Part shown: piece by piece, positions 17,432-27,763 of the stretch | Numbering within the stretch: the first letter of the stretch is position 1 | Layout of the letters: every line of letters begins with the position of its first letter | The notes under the pieces: model-generated | The model's database searches: none | The model's input: only the letters and a program-made list of their open reading frames with translations | Told to the model about the DNA's origin: nothing | Position numbers and translations under genes: made by a program | NCBI RefSeq assembly: GCF_009914755.1 | Contig: NC_060930.1 | DNA length: 64,000 nt | Source: the human T2T-CHM13v2.0 reference genome, Homo sapiens | Reading direction: 5' to 3' (one strand)

Positions 17432-18515
17432 GGGAATTAACATTAGTGTTACTGAATTATTTTTTCTCCTCCCAGTGCTTATGTGTTGTACAAATAATAA
17501 CATGACAAACAAAAGAAAAGAAACCAACCATCTTCCCACCCACATCCACCAATTCCATTTCTCAGTGTCTCTTTTTCATGGTATTTTTAGTCTTCATCTT
17601 TAGGGAGGAAATCCCAGCAGCACCCACCCAGGTCAGAAAGTTGTGAGGGCCCAGCACCCTTCCTGGCCCTTTCCCTCTGGATCCTGCCACCCCTCCCTCT
17701 CCCTCCACCCCCCCCCTCCCTCTACCCCCACCCACTTGCTCCTGCAGGGATTGTTATCAGGACCCAGCAGGGAGTGAGTCAGCCCAGCTCCACCCCAGCT
17801 TTCTCTGGGGCTGAGGGTGCATGCACTCTGGAGTCGTTTCTGCCCAGAAGGTGCTCAACACGGGGAGACCTTCAGCTGATTTCAGCAGAGATTCCTGGGC
17901 AGATTGAACCTAGAACCAGCAAGGCAAGGCTGCTGGTCTCACCCCATGGCAGCACACAAATGTTGTTGGACTTTCTGTTTGATAAAGATAGAAGTCTTTC
18001 TAGCAGTTAAGAGACCCACACTGAGAAACAACCAGAACAGGTCCTGCTCACCTGTGATTTGGGGGAAGTTCCACTTCCAAAATGGCTCCTCCTGCTCCCC
18101 TCCTTGGACTTTTCTTGTTGCTGAGGTCTAAAATTCTACCATTTGAGATTCTTTCGTTTGGATATATCCTTCACTTAAAATGCAAGGGCCTCTAGGCCTT
18201 TTTTTCTAGCCCACAGAAAAAAATTAATGAGGGTATATCACAGTCCTGGAGCTGAGGGAAGGTTTTGAGAGGAAAAGAGACCTGGCAAAGTGGTATGTGT
18301 GGTTGGCAGAGGAGAGTAGACTGTTAGGGACAAACTCCCCCATCCCTCCCCCTGGTTAGAGTTTTGTCCTGAACCTGCATGGCCTTGGGGACGTGGATGT
18401 CACAGGCTATAGGGTGCCTCTTCTCTCCACTCCTGTAAGGCAGGTGTAGTGGGATGCCAGGAAGGCACCATGCCACCTCGCATGGGGCTGAGCTGCTAGG
18501 TTTGCCCTTCATCAG

Positions 18516-18625
18516 GTGGTATGGGCCAAGACAGAGAGGATCGGCTGTGGTTCCCACTTCTGTGAGAAGCTCCAGGGTGTTGAGGAGACCAACATCGAAT
18601 TACTGGTGTGCAACTATGAGCCTCC
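18516..18625 (+). CDS. PI16: PI16 coding exon 3 (CAP domain)
   Basis: ttcatcag|GTG GTA TGG; [37 protein letters not shown] (CAP/CRISP signatures GHYTQVVW and LVCNY); donor CC|gtgagt; 110 nt. Confidence 0.97.
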
Positions 18626-18950
18626 GTGAGTGCCGGGGGGAACCCTGGAGATGGAGAGGGGGAAGGCACAGGCAGAGCCAAGGGGAGGGCAGAGTCGGCC
18701 ACAGCCTGAGGGAGTGGGAGGAGAGGGGTCAGTCTGGAGCAATACTGTCCAGGGAGCTGTGAAGGCACCAATGGGGGTCTGCTGTCATCTGCCAGAGAGG
18801 GCCAGGAGGAGCCCAAGTTCGCCCAGCAAGTCAGTGGCTGGCAGTCAGGAGACCCAAGGGCATTTCCAGAGTAGGTGTGTGTATAGGAGTTGGGGAGAGG
18901 GTTGGGAGGGGTCGACCCCCTCCCCGCAGCATCCTCCTGACCTCCTGTAG

Positions 18951-19039
18951 GGGGAACGTGAAGGGGAAACGGCCCTACCAGGAGGGGACTCCGTGCTCCC
19001 AATGTCCCTCTGGCTACCACTGCAAGAACTCCCTCTGTG
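18951..19039 (+). CDS. PI16: PI16 coding exon 4 (cysteine-rich hinge)
   Basis: ctcctgtag|G GGG AAC; GNVKGKRPYQEGTPCSQCPSGYHCKNSLC; donor G|gtgagt; 89 nt. Confidence 0.96.
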
Positions 19040-19522
19040 GTGAGTCCACGGGTGGATGGGTAGGGGCAGGGGGTGTGGAAATGATGCGATGCAGACTGGA
19101 TGGTCTAAGAGCCTCCCTGGACTGAGCGGGACGTGGGCAGGGAAGGAGCCTGGTGGGATGCGACCACCGGGGGCCCCTGGCGGCTCCCTTAGCCCCCCAC
19201 GCGCAGCCACTTTGGCGCCCTGTCGTTCCAAGTGGCCGGATTTCAACCCTTCAAAGGGAGGATGTTAGAAAGTCTGGCGGCTTCGGGGGGGCCCGCGCGA
19301 GGTGGGTGTCGCCACACCTTAGGGTCTCGAGGAGCGGGCTGGGGCCAGACCGGTGGGCGTGGTCAGAAGGCTTCAAACGGGCGAGGCCAGTCTTGCTGGG
19401 GGCGTGTGAGGGACCGCGATCCCGCTGGAGAAGTCCCCTGAAAAAGGGCAAGTACGAATGTAGAGAGACTTGGACCAGGAGGTGGCTAGAGGAGCAACTG
19501 TGTCAATCACCAGAAGTAACGT

Positions 19523-19836
19523 TTCTTTTCTTTTCTTTTTTCTTTTTCTTTTTTTTGACGGAGTTTTGCTCTTGTTGCCCAGGCTAGAGTGCAATGGCTC
19601 GATCTCGGCTCACCTGCAACCTCCGCCTCCCGGTTTGAAGCAATTCTCCTGCCTCAGCCTTCCGAGTAGCTGGGACTACAGGCACGCGCCACCACGCCTG
19701 GCTAATTTTGTATTTTTAGTAGAGATGGGGTTTCTCCATGTTGGTCAGGTTGGTCTCGAACTCCTGACCTCAGGTGATCCACCTGCCTCAGTCTCCCAAA
19801 GTGCTGGGATTACAGACGTGAGCCACCGCGCCCGGC
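19523..19836 (-). mobile_element. Alu (AluSp/Sq-like)
   Basis: Antisense dimer with T-rich tail; TSD-like gtaac...ttt on both sides. Confidence 0.93.
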
Positions 19837-19999
19837 TTGTAACTTTTATTTTCAATGAGGGGCATATCAGCTGGAGAAGTGTATGTGTGTGTTTGTGTGT
19901 CCTGGTAGGACATTTGGTCGCGTCACTTGGTTTGCAGTGCCATGAGAGATGTGGGGTCCTGCTTGCAGCACTCATACCCGTTCTCGTCTGTCTTATCAG

Positions 20000-20677
20000 A
20001 ACCCATCGGAAGCCCGGAAGATGCTCAGGATTTGCCTTACCTGGTAACTGAGGCCCCATCCTTCCGGGCGACTGAAGCATCAGACTCTAGGAAAATGGGT
20101 ACCCCTTCTTCCCTAGCAACGGGGATTCCGGCTTTCTTGGTAACAGAGGTCTCAGGCTCCCTGGCAACCAAGGCTCTGCCTGCTGTGGAAACCCAGGCCC
20201 CAACTTCCTTAGCAACGAAAGACCCGCCCTCCATGGCAACAGAGGCTCCACCTTGCGTAACAACTGAGGTCCCTTCCATTTTGGCAGCTCACAGCCTGCC
20301 CTCCTTGGATGAGGAGCCAGTTACCTTCCCCAAATCGACCCATGTTCCTATCCCAAAATCAGCAGACAAAGTGACAGACAAAACAAAAGTGCCCTCTAGG
20401 AGCCCAGAGAACTCTCTGGACCCCAAGATGTCCCTGACAGGGGCAAGGGAGCTCCTACCCCATGCCCAGGAGGAGGCTGAGGCTGAGGCTGAGTTGCCTC
20501 CTTCCAGTGAGGTCTTGGCCTCAGTTTTTCCAGCCCAGGACAAGCCAGGTGAGCTGCAGGCCACACTGGACCACACGGGGCACACCTCCTCCAAGTCCCT
20601 GCCCAATTTCCCCAATACCTCTGCCACCGCTAATGCCACGGGTGGGCGTGCCCTGGCTCTGCAGTCGTCCTTGCCAG
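20000..20677 (+). CDS. PI16: PI16 coding exon 5 (Ser/Thr/Pro-rich mucin-like stalk)
   Basis: cttatcag|AA CCC ATC; [20 protein letters not shown]...ALQSSLP; donor G|gtaagg; 678 nt. Confidence 0.96.
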
Positions 20678-20887
20678 GTAAGGCCCATAGCATCTGTCCC
20701 ACTTTCCTCCTGGCTCTGGAATGTCAGTATCCTGCCCCAGCATAGGTGGTATGAGCATGGTGGGGCATGCACCCTCTGAGTAGGAGCTTCCTCCCTGGCT
20801 GCTGCCCCACCTCCTTGCATGGTGGGGTGGGCGGGACATCAGGCACAGCTGTCTCTAGGCTGAGGCAAAGCCTCTTTCTTCCCACAG

Positions 20888-21009
20888 GTGCAGAGGGCCC
20901 TGACAAGCCTAGCGTCGTGTCAGGGCTGAACTCGGGCCCTGGTCATGTGTGGGGCCCTCTCCTGGGACTACTGCTCCTGCCTCCTCTGGTGTTGGCTGGA
21001 ATCTTCTGA
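20888..21009 (+). CDS. PI16: PI16 coding exon 6 (hydrophobic C-terminus, GPI-anchor-type signal, stop)
   Basis: cccacag|GT GCA; AEGPDKPSVVSGLNSGPGHVWGPLLGLLLLPPLVLAGIF*; all six exons sum to 1392 nt = 463 aa + stop. Confidence 0.96.
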
Positions 21010-21450
21010 AGGGGATACCACTCAAAGGCAAGGCCTGGTGAGGGGGGCCCTGGCCTCATACCCACCTGGATTGTCTTCCTCCAAGTGAGAGACCACAGCT
21101 TCCTGGGCAGGTCCTGCTCTGTGGCCCAGCAGCCCCCCTTCACCCCAACTTCTGGCCAGATTCCAGGCCAGCACTCTTGTCCTCCTGGGAGGCGTCTACA
21201 GGGCCAGCCCCTGGCACTGCCCCAGGAGTGCCTTGGCTCTGGGTAGGCCCATCCTTCAGCTGGCTGCAGACTGTTCTGAGCGGTATTTACATGTGCCCAC
21301 TCTCAGGTTGTCCTGTGGCCATCAGCTTCTCTCCCAGACAGAGGATCTCAGGCTTCCCAGGAACCCCCGGGCCCCTCCCAGTCCCCTGGCCTCTTCCTTG
21401 AGCCATCTGAGTCCAGGACTGTTCCCCAGAAGTGCCTCTTGCCTTCTCAG

Positions 21451-21898
21451 GGTGAAGAGGTCAGCTGTCCTCCTGTCATCTTCCCCACCCTGTCCCCAGC
21501 CCCTAAACAAGATACTTCTTGGTTAAGGCCCTCCGGAAGGGAAAGGCTACGGGGCATGTGCCTCATCACACCATCCATCCTGGAGGCACAAGGCCTGGCT
21601 GGCTGCGAGCTCAGGAGGCCGCCTGAGGACTGCACACCGGGCCCACACCTCTCCTGCCCCTCCCTCCTGAGTCCTGGGGGTGGGAGGATTTGAGGGAGCT
21701 CACTGCCTACCTGGCCTGGGGCTGTCTGCCCACACAGCATGTGCGCTCTCCCTGAGTGCCTGTGTAGCTGGGGATGGGGATTCCTAGGGGCAGATGAAGG
21801 ACAAGCCCCACTGGAGTGGGGTTCTTTGAGTGGGGGAGGCAGGGACGAGGGAAGGAAAGTAACTCCTGACTCTCCAATAAAAACCTGTCCAACCTGTG
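21451..21898 (+). other. PI16: PI16 terminal non-coding (3'UTR) exon
   Basis: Pyrimidine-rich acceptor cctcttgccttctcag|gg at 21450; AATAAA at 21876-21881; the upstream exon probably ends at 21027 (AAG|gcaagg). Confidence 0.7.
21876..21881 (+). terminator. PI16: PI16 polyadenylation signal
   Basis: First AATAAA after the stop codon, followed by a pyrimidine-rich downstream tract. Confidence 0.85.
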
Positions 21899-22486
21899 GC
21901 AACTATTCCTTCTCTTTCTCATCCCCCTCCTCTAAAACACTCCATTTAGTGTCTCCTCTTTGGGACCCACCCTTCATTTCCTTCCTATAACTCTCGCCTC
22001 CCCCTAATCACAGGTGGCAGGCAGGAAGGGGAAGAGCCAAAGGAAGGCCAAGGGTGCTGGGCTGACTCCCCCAGCTTCAGGAGTCACCAGTGGGGCCTAG
22101 GTAGGTTTGGAGCCCAGGATCAAAGCATGGCATGCGGCCTCTTCACGGGGGCGCTGCTATCCAGGCCTGTCTGGGACACAAGGTCAGAAATGTACATCAG
22201 GCAAGGCTCTGCCAGCCCCAGGTGCTTGGAAGAGTCCTAAGAAAGGGATCTGGAGTCCCAGACCCTCCCCAGGGGAGCAAAGCAGGACTGTCCAGAGGTG
22301 CTGAGGATCAGGAAAGCACACATATGCTGGGGTAGCAGTGGTGGATGACTGAGGGTGGCTTGGGTGGTAGGGAGGGGCAGAGCAAGTCTCCAGACCACCG
22401 CTGGAAGGTGAGCAGTCAAACAGGACACCACCCAAGTCAGGCCAGGGCTGGGAACCGACCTGTAACCAAGGAGGACACTCCCCTCT

Positions 22487-23590
22487 TTTACTTTTTTTTT
22501 TTTTTGAGATAGAGTTTTGCTTTGTCGCCCAGGCTGGAGTGAAGTGATCTCGGCTTACTGCAACCTCCGCCCACCGGGTTCAAGCGATTCTCCTGCCTCA
22601 GCCTCCCGAGTAGCTGGGATTATAGGCACCTGCCAACACGCCCAGCTAATTTTTGTATTTTTAGTAGAGACGGGGTTTGGTCAACAGGTGGTCTTGAACT
22701 CCTGACCTCAGGTGATCCACCGGCCTCAGCCTCCCAAAGTGCTAGGATTACGGGTGTGAGCCACCACGCCCGGTCTACTCTATGTTTTTTCCAGCTCTAT
22801 TCAGATATAACTCACAACATAAAATTCACCCATTTAAAATATGCAACTCAACGGTTTTTACTATATTCACAAGGTTGTGTAAAACCGTCACAATTTTAGA
22901 ACATTTTCATCACCCCAAAAAGAAACCCCATACCCATTAGCAGTCACTCCCTATTTCCCTCCAACCTCCCCAGCCCCAATCAACCACTAATCTATTTTCT
23001 ATCTATATGGATTTGTCTTATTCTTAACATCCATATAAATTCTTGACATATCATATATGTTATGGTCTTTTGTGACTGCTTCTTTCACTTAGCATATAAA
23101 TATATATAATTTGTTTTAGACAGGATCTTGCTCTGACATCCAGGATTATAGCTCACTGCAGCCTCCAACTCCTGGGCTCAAGTGATTCTCCCATCTCAGC
23201 CTCTTGAGCAGCTGGGACTACAGGTGCATGCCACCATGTCCAGCCGATTTTTAAATTTTTTGTAGAGACCAGTTCTTACTATGTTGCCCAGGCTGGTCTT
23301 GAACTCCTGGCTTCAAGCTATCCTCCCAAAGGACTGAGATTATAGTTGTGAGTTGCTGCTCTCAGCCAACATACTTTCAAGGTTCATCCATGTCGTAGCA
23401 TGAATCGGAACTTCATTCATTTTTATTGCCAAGTAATATTCCATTCTATGGAATATTCATTACATTCTATAGAACATTTCCATTTTATTTGTCATCGGAC
23501 ACTCAGGCTGTTTCCACTCCTGAGCTACTACGAATAATACTACTAAGCATTCATATACCAGTTTTTGTGTGAACGTTAAGTTTCCAATTA
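22487..23590 (-). mobile_element. Antisense Alu (~22487-22773) followed by an old L1 3' end (~22786-23590) containing an AluJ (~23110-23368)
   Basis: Alu motifs and L1M 3' UTR motifs (ttagaacattttcatcacccc, ttcacttagcat, ggttcatccatgtcgtagcatg). Confidence 0.85.
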
Positions 23591-25226
23591 TCTTGGGTAT
23601 ATACGTAAGGATATATATAAGGAGGTCCCCAAAGGCCTGTCAGAGGCCCTTTCAGCTTTGCCCATTGGATGAGGTTTCCCAGGACGGGAGGAGGAGGACA
23701 CTCCTCCTGTCACCCCTCCCTTTGCCAGCAGCTGAGGTCTCCTCCTGCCCAATCCCACCCAATCTCCTTTCTCAGATGAGGACCCAGCATCCTAGTTTCC
23801 AGGACTAGTCGACAGGAAACACGCGAACTGCTAGGAGGGCAGATGGACAGGGTCTCACCCCCAAAGATCAAATGGTCAAGGAGCATTTCACACACACAAG
23901 AATTTGAATGAACTGAAAACTTCCTGTTTCATTAGATTAAAAACCTGTACTTTGCTCAGCCAATAACTGGGACACAGTATCAAGAGATTTTCATGCCATT
24001 TCTGGGTGTGGAAGATGGCCTGGGAAATGAAGTTGAAACCCCCAAATTCAGGAAGTTACTTGGGGGCAGCAGCAGCCCTCCCAGAGGTGACTGGCCAAGG
24101 CCACTAAAACCTTGCTCTCTACTCTGGGCAGCCTCTCTGAACTTCTGGGAGGAGCTCTTCAGATCTAGCTTAGCTCAGGCTCCAGAGATACAGGTGCCCC
24201 TCAATCTCGGGGGGCCTTAGGAACTAATCAATGCAAAAACAGGATCTGAGGCTGGAGCAACAGGAAGAAAAGATACCCCAGAACAGTGGTCAGTGCTGTG
24301 GGAAAGCACGCTGGGCTGGAGAAAGGCCACAGGGCAGACTCCCCTCTGAAGGGCCTGGGAACCCGAGGCCCTCCTTCTCTACAGGCCTGCCCTGCCCACC
24401 CCTGCATGTGTTCTTCCCACTACCTTAGCCCTCTTGGGTGTTTCCCTAGGAAAGTTAATATGGGTGACAAAGTTATGAGACCTTAGTGGCCTCAACCAGT
24501 GTAGTTACATAATACCCACACAGGCACACTTCTGCGTTCCTGGGAAACAAGGACATGTGAGGTGAAACTGCCTGTGAGTCCACTGTTACTAGGCCACTGG
24601 GAACACCCACTTGTGCACAAGCAACACAGGGGCCTTCCCTTTGGCGGGGGTGACTCAGCCCCTACCTGTGGAGGGAAATATGACCAAACCCACCAGACCC
24701 CAACTCTCACAAGCCAGGTCACCTCGAGCAAGGGCAGAGAAATACCTGGGGGAACCCAGCTGAGTCTCAAAATATTTGTAAGTTTTGTCTGCTTACAGAC
24801 TCCAGTGCTGGGCAAAAACCATTTGATGGAAGGGAGGTCTGCCCGTTCTGATGTAACCATGGCCACTACACCAAGTGACTCTTCGTAAAACTTGAAGCTA
24901 CGTTATCCTCAAATGGTGCTGAGATATGACAGTAAGGGGTGTGAGTGGAACACTTTCTGAAAGGCCTGTCTCCCTGGCAACAGACCTGCACACTGATTGC
25001 TGCTGTGGAAACTGACACCCCAGCCTCATCACCCAGTGTCTCCCTGGAGACTGAGCTACACCAAGCTCTGGTACCTACATCTCCAATCTGGCAGCCCCCT
25101 GCCCTGCCTCTTTACAGCCCCTTCTCACACCAACAGGAAGGACTTGGAAAGATAGACTCTATAGATAGATTTTTAAACTTACAAAAATAAGAGACGCCCC
25201 ACAAAAAACTCCAAATCACCAATACA

Positions 25227-25232
25227 TTTATT
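25227..25232 (-). terminator. MTCH1: MTCH1 polyadenylation signal
   Basis: AATAAA on the - strand (tttatt), about 740 nt after the stop, followed by GU/U-rich sequence on the - strand. Confidence 0.8.
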
Positions 25233-25971
25233 TGCGGGAGATGAGGTCAAATCTTACCATGAACTTTAAAACTGGGTAGGACTAGAGACACTGATCTGCC
25301 CAACCTCTGGGTATTCACAACTGCACAGGTAACCAGATCCTGTACGCGAGGCATCACCATTAAACAGATGAGCATTAGATGAGGAGGACACATTCTGAGT
25401 AGTTGCATGATTTCCCATTCAGAGGCAGGTGCTGCCCTCATATCAGAAAAGTAGTGTTGAGAAAAACACAGGCAGAGCCTGGCCATTTGCCTCCTAGCAT
25501 AGGCCTAGACATGATGGTGGCCACGTGCCAGGGGACCACACCCTATGTACAAAGCAGGAGAATGATGCTCCCAGCTGAGCTGCAGGATGGGCGCTGGGCT
25601 GACTGGAGGGGTAGACGGGGTGGGGTCTGACCCCATTAGCCTTTCCCCATCCAACCTGGGCCCCCATAAGCCATTCTCTGGCCCTCTGCACAAGACAGAC
25701 TCAGCAAATCTGCGAGGTATGGGGATTCTGCCAACTCCCCACCTCGCCTCACCTTCCCTAGGTCTGCCGGGTGACCCAATCCACTGGGTGCAGCCCCACC
25801 CCCGCTCAACCCCACATCTGGACAGACACATGGCAAATATGGAACTGAAGCCCGGCTGGGCTGGAGCACATCTGGTTGTTGTTGGGTTGGAGTCGTCTTG
25901 CAGGTGTCCCAAGGTGGTCAGGCCTCACCCACAGTGGCCAGGTTGAGACCGTGTTTTTTAGATGATTCAGG

Positions 25972-26043
25972 TTACTCCAGGGCAAAGCATGATCCTGATG
26001 ACACCCGGCGGAAAAGCAGGCTGGAGCCTCGGAAGAGCTGGCC
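25972..26043 (-). CDS. MTCH1: MTCH1 (mitochondrial carrier homolog 1, PSAP, SLC25A49) exon 12 CDS
   Basis: ttctggtccag|GGC CAG; [23 protein letters not shown]; all 12 exons sum to 1170 nt = 389 aa + stop. Confidence 0.95.
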   Translation of the reverse strand, partial: GQLFRGSSLLFRRVSSGSCFALE

Positions 26044-27107
26044 CTGGACCAGAAGGAAAAGTAAGGTGAGTGAAAGGGAGGCCACGCTTCCTTGTCCCTC
26101 CGAGAGGAAGGCCAGTGTCAGGCAAAGAAGGGTCCAGGAGCTCAAAGACCCAGCTCCGGGGTGGACGGCCTCGGCCTACATCCCTGGAGGGCAGAATCTG
26201 CCTGTGTTGAAGCAGAAGGGAGCGGTTCATTTCCTGCCCAGGGGTGTCTTTGGGGCTACTCTGTAGGAGAGCCCTAGAGAGGAGGCTCATTGCCCCTCTT
26301 GCTTCAGAGCCCAAGTGGTCTAGGACTCTTTCAGTGCTCATAGGGAGGACGAGACACACTCACGCTGACCAGGGCCACTGGGAAGAACTGCGGCTCTCCT
26401 CCCTGCTTCCCTCCCATCTGTCCTCTTCTCAGCCTCGAGGCCACTCAGAGTTCTGGCTCCCTCCGGGCCACTGCCCCATTTCACTGCGAGGCAAATCAAG
26501 GCCAGGAAAAGGCAAGGTTCTGCCCTCGGCCAAAGCCTGGACCCCTGACTGCTGGGCCCAAGAGCTCCAGCTACGGAGAGGTAGCTTCGGTACAGAACAC
26601 GAGAACCCAAGGTTGGTACTGCTGCCAGTTCCCCACGTGGCCCAGCCCCACCCACAGGCTCTCCTGGGCCCAGGAATGTCCTGCAGGAGGGAGGAGTCGG
26701 TTTCCAATGCCAGCCGCCCTAACAACCCAGGAACTCAGCTCAACTGGTTACAGACCTCGAATTTTCAGCCCATGTTACTTGAAGGAGAAGCAGTTCTTGG
26801 GCTTTACCACCTGCCACCTGGGCCAGAGTTCTCTTATCCTTATCCTAAGAGTCTTTAAGACTCAAAGAAGAAAAGGTCTTGTCTGATGTATAATCTTAAA
26901 ATAAACCCACACTTAGCCACCTCAAATCCTTTCTGAAATTATGTAAGATGAAAACTTAAATGCCTTATAGATACCAAGTATCTCCTCACAATATTGAATT
27001 CCATGAAACCACTTATCTTTGCATGCAATGAAGCATCCACAAAACCATTTCAGCTGAAGGATGTAGCAAAGAACAGGAAAGGCCTCCGCCGTCCAGTGCT
27101 TGCTCAC

Positions 27108-27183
27108 CTGCACACTCAGGTACTTCCAGCAGTGAATCCAGGATTTGAACACTGGGGAGTAAGGGGGGAGCCCAGCTTGCAGC
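27108..27183 (-). CDS. MTCH1: MTCH1 exon 11
   Basis: [25 protein letters not shown]; ag/gtgagc boundaries; 76 nt. Confidence 0.95.
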
Positions 27184-27474
27184 CTGCCGGAGAAGGAGAG
27201 TGTAGATGCAGAGAACAGTGGAAGACAGCCAGCCACGGGAAAGCCACTTCAAGAAGGAATGCCTTCAGGCTACCACCCATCCACACCCTGACCCCTGACA
27301 CCACAGTTTACCCCAGGGGGTGCTGGGAAATCCCAGCGGAAGCCAGGGTGCCTGGCAGGCCAAGCCTACACACAGAGCAGGTGGGAGGGGGCAGAGTGCT
27401 GGAAGGGCTCGGTGGGTCTCCCCCACCCCACAGCCTTGGTAGGTAGAGTGGCAAGTAGAGGGGCGCACACCTAC

Positions 27475-27542
27475 CCGCAGTTGTTCACAGCCATGAGGTC
27501 GCCAACTAGCAGGAAGGGGTAGGTCAGCATGCTCACTGCAAT
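27475..27542 (-). CDS. MTCH1: MTCH1 exon 10
   Basis: [23 protein letters not shown]; tttcag/gtaggt; 68 nt. Confidence 0.95.
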
Positions 27543-27715
27543 CTGAAACCCAGAGAGGCCTGAGTGCCAGTGACCCACCCCGGCCCAGGGAGCAGGGACA
27601 CACCACGCCAACACCCTGTACCAAGACCTGCCTCCAGCCATTACCAGGGTTGGCCTCCTAGGCCCCGCTTGGGTCCGCAAGGCAGTGGGAAGGAAGGACA
27701 GCTGGCACAACTTAC

Positions 27716-27763
27716 CCCCATCACGAACTTGGTATAGCTCCGGATGGCCAGGGCCTGGCTGAA
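27716..27763 (-). CDS. MTCH1: MTCH1 exon 9
   Basis: [16 protein letters not shown]; ctcag/gtaagt; 48 nt. Confidence 0.93.

Noticed and set aside
21899-25200. Possible overlap of the convergent PI16 and MTCH1 3' ends
   Set aside because: The poly(A) signals are ~3.3 kb apart; overlap would need read-through that sequence alone cannot show.
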